DNA of 64,000 bases from Paludibacteraceae bacterium (GTDB lineage: Bacteria > Bacteroidota > Bacteroidia > Bacteroidales > Paludibacteraceae). Both the position numbers and the translations under genes were made by a program. This document shows, piece after piece, positions 53,470-63,015 of the stretch. The first letter of the stretch is position 1. Every line of letters begins with the position of its first letter. The stretch is taken from the NCBI GenBank assembly GCA_024399965.1, contig JAKSNJ010000007.1:2436-66435 (forward strand), read 5' to 3'. The notes beneath the pieces are model-generated. The model made no database searches and was not told where the DNA came from. It was given only the letters and a program-made list of their open reading frames with translations.

Positions 53470-54297
53470 ATGCAACGAACTGCGATTTTATCCGAACAAG
53501 ATTATCTGAACAAGATTATTTGCGGTGATTCTGGAGAGATATTACCCACATTTCCTGAAAATAGTGTCGATTTGGTTGTAACATCTCCACCTTATGATGA
53601 TTTGCGTACATATAATGGTTTTCAGGTTGATTTACATGCCATCGGCAAAGAATTATACAGAGTTCTAAAACCCGGTGGAGTGGTGGTGATGGTTATTCAA
53701 GATTCAACGAAAAACTTTGCCAAGTCCTTAACATCTTTCAAAACAATCGTTGATTGGTGTGATAATATCGGTTTCAAACTATTTGAAACATGTATTTATC
53801 ACAAATATGGCACAGAAGGAGCTTGGTGGAAAAATCGTTTTAGAGTTGATCATGAATATATGCCCATCTTCTTTAAGGGTGATAGGTTGCAGTATTTTGA
53901 TAAAGAGCCACTGAAAATTCCTTCAAAACATGGAGGAAAAGTAATGACCGGCAGCGGAAATCGGCATACAGATGGTACGACATCCGAGAGAGTCACTCGT
54001 CCCATCAATTTAATGAAATGCAGAGGAACCGTTTGGGATTACTTAATGGCAGGCGATAAAAACCCATTGAAAAGAAAACACCCTGCTGTTTTCCCTGATA
54101 AAATTCCCTACGATTGCATTCGATGCTTCTGTCCTGAAGATGGTATTGTTTTAGATCCTTTTGTTGGCAGTGGAACTACCGCTGTTATCGCCAAAAAATT
54201 AGGAAGGAAATATATTGGTATCGACATTTCGCAGGAATATTGCAATTTGTCAAATGAAAGAATCCGTAAAGAAGCAACAGATTTATTCAACAATTAA
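53470..54297 (+). CDS. DNA methyltransferase, beta-class amino-MTase (N4-cytosine or N6-adenine)
   Basis: Motif IV VVTSPPY precedes motif I LDPFVGSGTTAVIAKKLGRKYIGIDI. This order defines the beta class. The gene is AT-rich. Confidence 0.88.
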   Translation: MQRTAILSEQDYLNKIICGDSGEILPTFPENSVDLVVTSPPYDDLRTYNGFQVDLHAIGKELYRVLKPGGVVVMVIQDSTKNFAKSLTSFKTIVDWCDNIGFKLFETCIYHKYGTEGAWWKNRFRVDHEYMPIFFKGDRLQYFDKEPLKIPSKHGGKVMTGSGNRHTDGTTSERVTRPINLMKCRGTVWDYLMAGDKNPLKRKHPAVFPDKIPYDCIRCFCPEDGIVLDPFVGSGTTAVIAKKLGRKYIGIDISQEYCNLSNERIRKEATDLFNN

Positions 54298-54308
54298 AAC
54301 ATCGAATT

Positions 54309-55373
54309 ATGTCTAAGATAGAAGATTTATTGCAAGCACAAAACGACAAAATAGACTATGACGCGTTAATACAAAACTATCCATGGATTGTGGAATACGA
54401 CCGAAAATGTGTTCTTAGTCCCGATAGTGACGGTTTATTGTGTGGCTTGTTTATGGCTGCTGTCAGAAATTGGAAAATAGTTGGCTTTTATGATGACAAA
54501 GTGGGCTTAATAAACAATAATTATCGAACAGATGACTTGGTATTTTTAGATGGTGAGATTTTCCGTCCAAATGCAAAAAGTATGGGGCATCACATGGTTT
54601 GCCTTAACAATAAATTGAGACATCTATTAGACAATGGTTTTCAAAATTGCATACAGCCCAATTTATTAAGGAACTACGATGGTAAAAAACATTTTCGATT
54701 AAAGTACCCATTGGCATCTATTCACATGATAGTCAGTATTTTAGCGTATGCTGATAAGAACACAGACCATCCTATAACATTAACAACCAATGCCACAGCT
54801 CCCTTGTTCTTTACTGATGGTGTTTTCAATGTGTTATTTAAATATCCTGAAAATGTATTAAATTGGTTTCAGTATCTAAGAATAAATGAGGATTGGAATC
54901 CGCTAAAAGTGGTTTTTGAAAATCAAAATTCCGTTTTTAATACGATGCAATTGATGCATACTTTTTTCCAAGAACGAGACAAACTGACATTTGGAAAAGA
55001 AAGAGGAGACCGTTTAAAAATTTCCGAGAAAACGGGTGAACCCTGTAATATTGAAGGGTCCACAATCAACGAAGAAGCCGTCCAACGAATAAAGGCATTT
55101 TGTACGATGATGGGAAACGATACTGGGTGGGCATTCGATGATGCAGACTGGGAATGTTGGGAGAATTTGAAATTCTATAAATTCTCAAAGAGTAGTTTTT
55201 CCAATGATGGGAAAACGCTTACCATTGCCCATTTTGAAGATTTTATAGTTAACAAAAATCCTTTATCGTGGGCACAAACTTCAGGACAAAACATAGAATA
55301 CACAAAAGAAGAACCAAGTAGGTTTGAGTTTCTATCTGCAAAAAAAAGCAAAAAGTATAGCAAACGAAGATGA
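54309..55373 (+). CDS. Hypothetical protein, candidate nuclease partner of the adjacent methyltransferase
   Basis: 354 aa and AT-rich. It starts 11 nt after the MTase stop. I could find no clean PD-(D/E)XK or HNH motif. The N-terminus has SPDSDG .. FLDGE .. GHH, weakly reminiscent of the DHH phosphoesterase motif order. Confidence 0.5.
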   Translation: MSKIEDLLQAQNDKIDYDALIQNYPWIVEYDRKCVLSPDSDGLLCGLFMAAVRNWKIVGFYDDKVGLINNNYRTDDLVFLDGEIFRPNAKSMGHHMVCLNNKLRHLLDNGFQNCIQPNLLRNYDGKKHFRLKYPLASIHMIVSILAYADKNTDHPITLTTNATAPLFFTDGVFNVLFKYPENVLNWFQYLRINEDWNPLKVVFENQNSVFNTMQLMHTFFQERDKLTFGKERGDRLKISEKTGEPCNIEGSTINEEAVQRIKAFCTMMGNDTGWAFDDADWECWENLKFYKFSKSSFSNDGKTLTIAHFEDFIVNKNPLSWAQTSGQNIEYTKEEPSRFEFLSAKKSKKYSKRR

Positions 55374-56029
55374 GTTCGGTGGTGAGTTCGATATTGTTGT
55401 ACGAAGAGGACAGTACATTGGCGGAGCTGATGGTGGAGGCAGCGGCTAGTCATGATTATGCCGTTACGCACGCCATAGAGGCACAACAAGCCCTGCAGAT
55501 GGCCTTGTCCGGCAATTACGACTTGTGCATCTGCGACCAGTCCTTGTTGGAAGAGATACGCGAAGCCAATCTTCAATTGCCCGTTATCATTCTTTCGTCC
55601 CACAGCGACCGCAACGACATCATTGCCGGTTACCAAGCCGGTTGCGACGACTACGTGACCAAGCCATTCTCGATGGATATTCTCTTCTGCAAGATAGGTG
55701 CCGTCTTACGTCGTAGCATAGCCGCAGCGACGGCTCCATCGACGACGGTGTTTGAGTTGGGAACACTGGTGTTTGATGCCGAACGGCAGACACTGAACGG
55801 TCAGCCCCTTCGTAGCCGAGACAACGATATACTGCACCTGCTTTGTGCCCAACAGGGGCAGGTTGTGGAGCGCAGCCGACTACTCAAAACCCTTTGGAAA
55901 CGAAACGATTACTTCGCCTCTCGTTCCTTGTCCGTATATATCAACCACCTTCGTCACCTGTTGTCGTCCGAGCCCCGTTTACGGATTGTGACGGTGCACA
56001 ACAAAGGTTATAAAATCGTACTTGACTAA
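55370..56029 (+). CDS. OmpR/PhoB-type response regulator (no adjacent histidine kinase)
   Basis: Receiver domain (ILLYEEDS, LCICD, KPF). Winged-helix output (..LLKTLW....YFASRSLSVYINHLR..L......I.TV...GY). The ATG overlaps the preceding stop (ATGA). Confidence 0.85.
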   Translation: MSSVVSSILLYEEDSTLAELMVEAAASHDYAVTHAIEAQQALQMALSGNYDLCICDQSLLEEIREANLQLPVIILSSHSDRNDIIAGYQAGCDDYVTKPFSMDILFCKIGAVLRRSIAAATAPSTTVFELGTLVFDAERQTLNGQPLRSRDNDILHLLCAQQGQVVERSRLLKTLWKRNDYFASRSLSVYINHLRHLLSSEPRLRIVTVHNKGYKIVLD

Positions 56030-56030
56030 T

Positions 56031-56669
56031 ATGGTAGCCCCCTCTGTTCTTTCTGCCGACTTTGCCCGACTGGGCGAACAAATAGATTTGATTAACCGTT
56101 CCAACGCAGATATGCTGCACGTGGACGTGATGGACGGTGTGTTTGTACCGAATATATCGTTTGGTTTTCCCGTTATGAAAGCCCTGCAGCGCTGCTGTAC
56201 CAAACCGCTGGACGTGCATCTGATGATCGTTCACCCCGAGCGCTATGTAGAGCGTTTCTGCGATGCCGGTGCTTGGAGTGTGGGTTTTCATTTGGAGGCA
56301 GTAGAAGACCCTGAGCCGGCACTGCAACTGATTCGTAATAAGGGTGTTCGCACGTGCCTGACCATCAATCCGGACATTGACGCGGAGCGATTGGTGCCCT
56401 ATTTGGACAAGGTTGATATGGTGCTGCTGATGTCTGTTTTTGCGGGCTTTGGCGGACAGGCATTTATCCCGGAAACCTTAGACAAGATACGTTTTATCCG
56501 TGAGCAAATCACCCAACGGCACCTGAACACGCTCATAGAGGTAGATGGCGGTATCAACACCGGTAATGCGTCAGCCGTGTATGCAGCCGGCGCCGATGTG
56601 CTGGTGGCAGGTAGTGCCGTCTTCCACACCAAGGACCCTATTGCAGCCATTGAGCAACTACGCGCATGA
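56031..56669 (+). CDS. rpe: Ribulose-phosphate 3-epimerase
   Basis: APSVLSADF, LHVDVMDG.FVPN, DVHLM, VDGGI. Start set at the ATG at 56031. Confidence 0.93.
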   Translation: MVAPSVLSADFARLGEQIDLINRSNADMLHVDVMDGVFVPNISFGFPVMKALQRCCTKPLDVHLMIVHPERYVERFCDAGAWSVGFHLEAVEDPEPALQLIRNKGVRTCLTINPDIDAERLVPYLDKVDMVLLMSVFAGFGGQAFIPETLDKIRFIREQITQRHLNTLIEVDGGINTGNASAVYAAGADVLVAGSAVFHTKDPIAAIEQLRA

Positions 56670-57745
56670 ACTCTCTTTCGCTCTCCGAACTCAGTCAGTA
56701 TATAGGCGATGTGCTATCGGCTGAACTGGACCCGACCTACTGGGTGCGGGCCGAGATAGCCGGTCTGTCGGTGCGCGGAGGACATGCCTACTGGGAACTG
56801 GTGGAGAAAGCCGAAACGGGACTATTTGCAGCCAAAGTGCGAGCCACCTGCTGGAGCAATATGTACCCTATGTTGTCGGCCTATTTTGAGAGCGAGACGG
56901 GTACGGCATTGCAAGTCGGTATGCAAGTGCTGTTGGAGGCGGAAGTGAGTTATCACCCCGTTTACGGGTTGTCGCTCAATATCGTTAATATCGACCCCTC
57001 GTACACCTTGGGCGACCTTGCCCAGCAACGGCAGCAGACGATAGCACGTTTGCAGAAAGAGGGTGTGTTTGATATGCAAAAGCAGTTGGCATTCCCGACG
57101 TTGATTCGGCGTTTGGCAGTGGTATCGTCCACATCGGCAGCCGGTTACGAGGACTTTATGCACCAACTGTCTCCCCTGCACTGCGCTATTACCACTTTTT
57201 CTGCCACTATGCAGGGGGCTAATGCGGCAGCCGACCTCGTACAGCAACTGCAGACCATTGCACAACGGAGCGAAGAGTTTGATGCGGTGGTTATCATTCG
57301 CGGTGGCGGTGCAGGTACTGACTTGACCTGCTTTGACGACTATAACCTATGTAATCATATCGCGCAATTCCCTTTACCTATTTTAACGGGTATCGGGCAC
57401 ACGCGTGACATCAGCATTGCCGATATGGTGGCAGCCGTGGCGCTGAAAACGCCTACCGCCGTGGCGGATTGGTTGCTGGACAGGGTACAGGTACAGCGCG
57501 AATATATCGACCGCTTGCGTCTGCGGCTGCGCCAAACGGCGGAACGGCAGGTGCTGATTCGGCGTCACCACATCGAGTTACTGCGCCAGACGTTAGCTAT
57601 GCAGTCGCCTGAACGGATTTACCAAAAAGGATACTCACTGCTCACTATTCGCGGTCAGGTTGTCCGGTCGGTCAACGATGTACATTCCGGCGATATACTC
57701 ACCAGCCATTTGGCAGACGGCACTATATCGTCCCAAGCACAATGA
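56666..57745 (+). CDS. xseA: Exodeoxyribonuclease VII large subunit
   Basis: An N-terminal OB fold (LSELS.YI..VL......WV.AEI) followed by ..IAVVSS.SAAGY.DF, IIRGGG and TGIGH..D. Confidence 0.88.
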   Translation: MNSLSLSELSQYIGDVLSAELDPTYWVRAEIAGLSVRGGHAYWELVEKAETGLFAAKVRATCWSNMYPMLSAYFESETGTALQVGMQVLLEAEVSYHPVYGLSLNIVNIDPSYTLGDLAQQRQQTIARLQKEGVFDMQKQLAFPTLIRRLAVVSSTSAAGYEDFMHQLSPLHCAITTFSATMQGANAAADLVQQLQTIAQRSEEFDAVVIIRGGGAGTDLTCFDDYNLCNHIAQFPLPILTGIGHTRDISIADMVAAVALKTPTAVADWLLDRVQVQREYIDRLRLRLRQTAERQVLIRRHHIELLRQTLAMQSPERIYQKGYSLLTIRGQVVRSVNDVHSGDILTSHLADGTISSQAQ

Positions 57746-58509
57746 ACGCTCCCTTAACACGCAACCAACTGATAGGTGCGGGACTATTGCTGGTCCTGAT
57801 TGTTGGTTTCTTTGGGGCACTGCATTTCTTTCCTGCCGTCACGGTTACGGCTGTTCCTGCCCGTGATACCACAAAGCGCTACACCAAAGCTCATTACGAC
57901 AGCATACGTGCTGTCCGACGCGCCTATTATGACAGTTTACGCCTTGTACGGCGGGACAGTATTTATCACGCTATTATCGTTCATCGTGACAGTATGCGTC
58001 GTGCAGACAGTTTATGGTGGGACAGCGTGTTTACCGCCGATTCGCTATCTCGTCCGCCTCGCATTGCCAAATACGACACGATTGTGGAACTCAACACCGC
58101 CGACACGACCGACCTACAGCATATACGCGGTATCGGTGCAAGTACGGCACGGCGTATTGTGCGGTACAGGGAACAATTAGGCGGCTATGCCGATGTGAGG
58201 CAGTTGCAGGACCCCCAACTATACATGGACGACTACGGGCACTTGCACCCCAACCACTATACCATACCCGACTCCGTGCTGGTTTTCTTCACCGTAGAGC
58301 AGGACTCGGTACACCCCATAGCGGTCAATCACGCCAGTGTGGAACGGCTGCAACGGCACCCGTATATATCGTTTACGATGGCCAAAGCCATTTATACCCT
58401 ACGGCGGAAATATCTTCGCCTCAGGTGCATAGACGAATTACGGAGCCAGCCCTTTATGACCGACTCCGTAATCAACCGGCTGACGCCGTATTTGGATTTT
58501 GCGCCTTAG
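57742..58509 (+). CDS. Helix-hairpin-helix (ComEA-like) membrane-anchored protein
   Basis: N-terminal TM helix. Two HhH units (LNTADTTDLQHIRGIGASTARRIVRYR, VNHASVERLQRHPYISFTMAKAI). It has a repetitive R-R-DS-rich linker. Confidence 0.7.
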   Translation: MNAPLTRNQLIGAGLLLVLIVGFFGALHFFPAVTVTAVPARDTTKRYTKAHYDSIRAVRRAYYDSLRLVRRDSIYHAIIVHRDSMRRADSLWWDSVFTADSLSRPPRIAKYDTIVELNTADTTDLQHIRGIGASTARRIVRYREQLGGYADVRQLQDPQLYMDDYGHLHPNHYTIPDSVLVFFTVEQDSVHPIAVNHASVERLQRHPYISFTMAKAIYTLRRKYLRLRCIDELRSQPFMTDSVINRLTPYLDFAP

Positions 58510-60278
58510 ATGCCCAGCGATGCCCTGATGGCAGGCACACGTGCTTCGGCAGCGGCGGTAGCCGCAGCGTAATCAGCAGGTGTCTTCATCGTGGCAGGTA
58601 TTTCAAAGTAGAACTTAATCTTGGGCTCCGTACCGCTGGGACGCACACTGACCTTGAGTCCGCCGGCGGTGAAGTATTGCAGCACGTTGGACTTGGCGTC
58701 CAATGCCATGTGAATAGGTTTGCTCTGCCACTGCCCGTTGACCAAGTTGCGTTCCTCAGACAGTTGGTAGTCCTTGGTGCAGATGACTTGTTCACCGGCA
58801 ATCGTTTGCGGCGGGTTCTGACGGTAATTCACCATCATTTGGGCAATTTCTTCGGCACCCGTCTTACCCGGGCGAACGATGTTGACGGTTGCCTCGCGTT
58901 GGAAACCGTATTCCATGTAGATATTCAGCAGATACTCGTAGAGCGACATGCCATTATCTTTGGCGTAAGCAGCAATCTCGCAGATGAGACAGATAGCAGA
59001 TGGCGAACATTTATCGCGCACGGCATCGTATGCCATAAAGCCAAAGGACTCCTCACCGCCACCGATGTACTTGCGGTCTTTCTCCCACATACGCACGCGG
59101 TTGGCAATCCACTTAAAGCCGGTGTATTCGTCGGTCAGCGTTACGCCCTGACGGTCGGCAATACGGCGAATGACCTCACTGGTGACGATGGTTTTGGAGA
59201 GGTACATGTCGGGGGTCATTTTGCCCAGACGCTTCATGTTGTTGATGATATAGTAGCAGTACATCATGCAGGTTTGGTTACCGTTGATGATGACCCACTC
59301 GTTCTTGTCGTTTCGGCAGACGATGGCGATACGGTCTGCGTCCGGGTCACTGGCGATAACGAGGTCAGCGTTGAGTTTGGTGCCGAGGTTCATGCCCATG
59401 GTCATGGCTTCGGAGTTCTCGGGGTTAGGCGAAACGACTGTGGGGAAGTTGCCGTCTATGACCATCTGCTCGGGCACAACGTGGATATTTTGGAAGCCCC
59501 AACTGCGCAAGCACATCGGGATAATCTGCCGTCCCGTGCCATGCAGGGGAGTATAGACGATGTTGAGGTCTTTTTGGCGGAGAATAACATCTTGGTCAAT
59601 CATGACAGACTTGACCGCCATCATATAATCATAGTCCATTTCGCCGCCGATGATCTGAATCAGGTCCTTGTCGCCACCGGTCTTGACATCTGCCATGGTG
59701 ACCTTGTTCACCTCGTCGATGATGCCCTTGTCGTGGGGTTGCAGCACTTGCGAGCCGTCCTCCCAGTAGGCCTTGTAGCCGTTGTATTCCTTGGGGTTGT
59801 GCGAGGCAGTCACGTTCACACCGCCTTGGCACTTGAGATGACGGATAGCAAAACTGACTTCGGGTGTGGGGCGCAAGCTCTCAAAGAGATAGACCTTGAT
59901 GCCGTTGGCAGCGAACACGTCAGCCACCGTTTCGGCAAAGAGGCGACCGTTGTTACGGCAGTCATGCCCCACAATGACGGACACCTGCCCACCCTTTTCG
60001 AGCGTAGCAAAACCGCCCTCACGGGCAATCTTGTTCAGGTAGTTGGCATAGCCCTGCGTGGCCTGTGCCACGATGTATTTATTCATGCGGTTGGTGCCGG
60101 GCCCCATGATGCCACGCAAGCCGCCTGTACCAAATTCGAGCGTACGGTAAAACGAGTCAATGAGTTCCGATTTATCCTCTGCTTCCATCATCTGTTTGAC
60201 TTGTGCTTTGGTTTCTGCGTCATAGTTGCCATCGAGCCACGTTTGCGCAGTCGCCATAATCTGTTTCAATTCATCCAT
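58506..60278 (-). CDS. Alpha-D-phosphohexomutase (phosphoglucomutase/phosphomannomutase family)
   Basis: Active-site loop TASHNPKEYNGYK, metal loop ASDPDADR, and GEESFG. Start set at the ATG at 60278 (MDELKQ). Confidence 0.9.
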   Translation of the reverse strand: MDELKQIMATAQTWLDGNYDAETKAQVKQMMEAEDKSELIDSFYRTLEFGTGGLRGIMGPGTNRMNKYIVAQATQGYANYLNKIAREGGFATLEKGGQVSVIVGHDCRNNGRLFAETVADVFAANGIKVYLFESLRPTPEVSFAIRHLKCQGGVNVTASHNPKEYNGYKAYWEDGSQVLQPHDKGIIDEVNKVTMADVKTGGDKDLIQIIGGEMDYDYMMAVKSVMIDQDVILRQKDLNIVYTPLHGTGRQIIPMCLRSWGFQNIHVVPEQMVIDGNFPTVVSPNPENSEAMTMGMNLGTKLNADLVIASDPDADRIAIVCRNDKNEWVIINGNQTCMMYCYYIINNMKRLGKMTPDMYLSKTIVTSEVIRRIADRQGVTLTDEYTGFKWIANRVRMWEKDRKYIGGGEESFGFMAYDAVRDKCSPSAICLICEIAAYAKDNGMSLYEYLLNIYMEYGFQREATVNIVRPGKTGAEEIAQMMVNYRQNPPQTIAGEQVICTKDYQLSEERNLVNGQWQSKPIHMALDAKSNVLQYFTAGGLKVSVRPSGTEPKIKFYFEIPATMKTPADYAAATAAAEARVPAIRASLGI

Positions 60279-60315
60279 ATTTGTATTATTTCTAAAGTTA
60301 TACGAATTTGCAGTG

Positions 60316-60347
60316 CAAAGATACAACTAATTTTTGAGATATGCAAA
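60316..60347 (-). promoter_or_regulatory. Promoter of the phosphohexomutase gene (TTTG-N20-TAtcTTTG)
   Basis: Minus strand reads TTTGcatatctcaaaaattagttgTAtcTTTGcac. Confidence 0.7.
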
Positions 60348-60369
60348 TTTATTTGCCACAGCAGACCAT

Positions 60370-61170
60370 TTATTTGTTAAAGGAGGGACGGCAGAAGGTG
60401 GAATAGACGGGGGTGGCGCCGGGTCGGTAGTTGAGGTAGCGTTTGAGCCACGGCAGGTGCTGCTGCTCCACCGTTTGTACGAATAGTTGCGCAGCCATCA
60501 GTGCGCCCTGCTCGCGGTAGTGGGTGTTGTCAATCTTGCCCTCGGGGAACTTGGTACATTCCCCTGCCGGCACGTTCATGTAGTATGGCTTGCTGGCATC
60601 GTCTCCAATGGACTGCAGCCAAGCGGCGGTGAGTTGCTCCATGTCGATGAGGGGCACGCGCATATCGTGCGCGACCTGCTTGGCAGCGGTGGGGTAATCG
60701 CCGTGGTGGAAATAGAATTCACCGTTTTTGAAGTACCGACGCGCCACGGGTGTGCAGAGAATGACGTGCAACTTTTTCTGCTGCGCTTCGCGCACCATCT
60801 TGGTCAGGTTGGCGGTGTAGTCCTCCACGGAGGCATAGCGTGTAGGGTCACTGACTTTGGCATCGTTGTGTCCGAATTGGATAACCACGATGTCGCCCTT
60901 GCGGGCACGACGCATGACCTCAGCCCAACGCCCTTCGTCCAAGAAGGACTTGGTGGAACGGCCGTTCATGGCATGGTTTTGGAGAATAATATTCCCCTTA
61001 AGGTAGGTAGGCAACAGTTGTCCCCACCCCCGTTCGGGAGAGATGTCCAACTCTGTTTTGTCCGCCATGGTGGAGTCGCCCACCATAAAGAGGGTCACGG
61101 GTCGCTTGGTAGCAGCCCCACACAGCAGCAAAGCTACTGCCATACAAACCAAATAAAAGCTCTTTCTCAT
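60370..61170 (-). CDS. SGNH/GDSL hydrolase (rhamnogalacturonan acetylesterase-like)
   Basis: Block I FMVGDSTMA, block II NHAMNGRS, block III FGHND, and block V D.TH. Signal peptide. Start set at the ATG at 61170. Confidence 0.85.
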   Translation of the reverse strand: MRKSFYLVCMAVALLLCGAATKRPVTLFMVGDSTMADKTELDISPERGWGQLLPTYLKGNIILQNHAMNGRSTKSFLDEGRWAEVMRRARKGDIVVIQFGHNDAKVSDPTRYASVEDYTANLTKMVREAQQKKLHVILCTPVARRYFKNGEFYFHHGDYPTAAKQVAHDMRVPLIDMEQLTAAWLQSIGDDASKPYYMNVPAGECTKFPEGKIDNTHYREQGALMAAQLFVQTVEQQHLPWLKRYLNYRPGATPVYSTFCRPSFNK

Positions 61171-61178
61171 AATGTGTA

Positions 61179-61210
61179 CAAAGATACAAAGAATTTTTGG
61201 AATAGGCAAA
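61179..61210 (-). promoter_or_regulatory. Promoter of the SGNH hydrolase gene (TTTG-N20-TAtcTTTG)
   Basis: Minus strand reads TTTGcctattccaaaaattctttgTAtcTTTGtac. Confidence 0.7.
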
Positions 61211-61533
61211 TTTTAGTTGGTTTTTTTAGGCAAAGTAGATATTTATCTATGTTTATGGCACTCTATCGGGCGGTTGGTGCTGGCACACAATAGACCGAGA
61301 GAGGGGCATAATAAGGGCACTGCCCTGCCTAAAAAAGTGCTTAGAGCACACCAGTATAATTTGCGTATTTTAATGAAAATATGTGTATCTTTCGGGGGAA
61401 TTGTGAAACAATTCGTGCCCTTGTGACTAAGAATTGCTTTTTCACAAGGCAGAATGCCGAAATATACAACAATCTGTCATCAGGCGGCTTGTCGAAGATA
61501 CAACAAAGAACTAACAAGGAACTAACACAAAAA

Positions 61534-61564
61534 GGGCACTGAAAAGAATTCCCTTTCAGTGCCC
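61534..61564. terminator. Strong bidirectional terminator hairpin
   Basis: gggcactgaaa-agaattccc-tttcagtgccc, an 11-bp stem flanked by A-run/T-run. It lies 19 nt after the stop of the 61583..62950 gene. Confidence 0.8.
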
Positions 61565-61582
61565 TTTTGAGTGATAGTATCC

Positions 61583-62950
61583 TTAACGGATCTTTTTACC
61601 ATTTGCATTGAAGATCATATCGTTGGCCTTCAGGAAGAGATGACCATTGATGAGCATCTTCTTAGCACTTGCTTTCAGATTTTCTACGTTCTCCAGACCG
61701 GTACCGCAACCTTCTACGATAGCTTTAGCGTTGTCTTGAGCTTTCACTACGAAGCAGTGGTCACCCGGCTCCAGATTGGTTACGTCAACTGTTTGGTTGG
61801 AGTCACCATCCCAGTTTTTACCATTGACAAAGATTACATTAATCTTCTCTGCCACAGCAGAAGCGTATGTATAGGTGAATACGCCTGTTTGCTCACCGGC
61901 ATCGTTCTTTTTTGCTGTCATCTCATAGAATGTACCACTTTCACCATCCACCCAGATATAAGCCCAAACTTTTTTCTTGGTGGTAGAAGTGGAATCATAA
62001 CCATGAGCAGCAACCGTATCGTTCATCCATTTTTCGGGCATCGTAGCGGTGATGTTGAAGTATTTAGGTTCAACCGACAAATCAGAAACCACTTCTTCAG
62101 CAGCAGGCCACAAAGTAACGTCGCTGTAATCTACCAGTCCTTCGCCAACACCCTTCGAACCTTTAGCCACAATGCTCAAGCCATTTACTTCTTCTGCAGG
62201 AATGAAAGCAAAACCGGCAGCCATCATCTTGGAACCCCAAGTACCGAATACATACGGGCTGTAGTCTTTCAGTACATCGAACATCATGAAACCGCAACCG
62301 TCTATACCATAACCGCTGTTGGCATACATAGCGGCAGGGGTACCGGGAGCCTGGTGCAATTCGCCACCTTCGTCACCCTTGAAGAATACCTCTGCCAAAC
62401 CATCGGTGCCATCCACTTTACCGAAGAATTTTCCGCTGGTGTTGTTGGACATGAAGTTGTAGCGGAATTGGATAGGAGTAGCAACATACGTGCCAACAGC
62501 ACCTGTTACATTCTCGAATACGAATTGGCTCTTGTTACGGGTAGCTTTTACGAACACGATGAATTTACCGTCTTTCGTTACGTCCAGTTCGTAGCAAGCG
62601 CCTGAACCATTAGGCATTGTTAAGCCATCTACTTTACCGGGGTTCGTTTGACCTTGTACACGATTGGTAGTGAAATCCACCTCTGTACCGTTGATGTCAA
62701 TGTGGCTATAAGCCGTATCTGCCATCACACCTACGGCTTTATATTCCACTTCATACATGTTTTTTACCGTAAAGTTGGTACCTTGTGCCATTACTTCACC
62801 GGCAGGAACTTTAACCTTATCCTCTGCACTAATTTCGGTGGTGCCGTCAGCGAGTTTGTCACCTGCTTTCAGGTTGTACTGAAAGTCCACGTCTGCCATA
62901 ACAGCCATGTTTGTTGCAATAGTAGCAACGATCAAGAATAATTTTTTCAT
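61583..62950 (-). CDS. Secreted protein with a starch-binding-module-like region and a conserved C-terminal tail (PUL accessory)
   Basis: Signal peptide. ..VWAYIWVDGESGTFYEMT...INVIFVNGKNWDGDSNQTVDV.. resembles CBM25/26-type modules. The tail is ..KKMLINGHLFLKANDMIFNANGKKIR. Confidence 0.55.
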   Translation of the reverse strand: MKKLFLIVATIATNMAVMADVDFQYNLKAGDKLADGTTEISAEDKVKVPAGEVMAQGTNFTVKNMYEVEYKAVGVMADTAYSHIDINGTEVDFTTNRVQGQTNPGKVDGLTMPNGSGACYELDVTKDGKFIVFVKATRNKSQFVFENVTGAVGTYVATPIQFRYNFMSNNTSGKFFGKVDGTDGLAEVFFKGDEGGELHQAPGTPAAMYANSGYGIDGCGFMMFDVLKDYSPYVFGTWGSKMMAAGFAFIPAEEVNGLSIVAKGSKGVGEGLVDYSDVTLWPAAEEVVSDLSVEPKYFNITATMPEKWMNDTVAAHGYDSTSTTKKKVWAYIWVDGESGTFYEMTAKKNDAGEQTGVFTYTYASAVAEKINVIFVNGKNWDGDSNQTVDVTNLEPGDHCFVVKAQDNAKAIVEGCGTGLENVENLKASAKKMLINGHLFLKANDMIFNANGKKIR

Positions 62951-63015
62951 AATAAAAATTTGTAATTGGTTAATAATTTGTGTTTATCAAGGAAGGACTA
63001 AATCCTTCTCATTGT

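Noticed and set aside
57880-58050. Repeated gacagt/gacagc motif in the ComEA-like gene
   Set aside because: The spacing is irregular. It simply reflects a repetitive R-R-D-S-rich protein linker, with no evidence of a DNA-level element.
58014-60380. 788-aa + strand ORF, the longest unexplained ORF in the window
   Set aside because: It is antisense to the well-supported phosphohexomutase gene (TASHNPKEYNGYK on the minus strand). It also runs through the upstream promoter, and its sequence is Arg/His/Gly/Val-rich without motifs. I treat it as a shadow ORF, not an overlapping gene.
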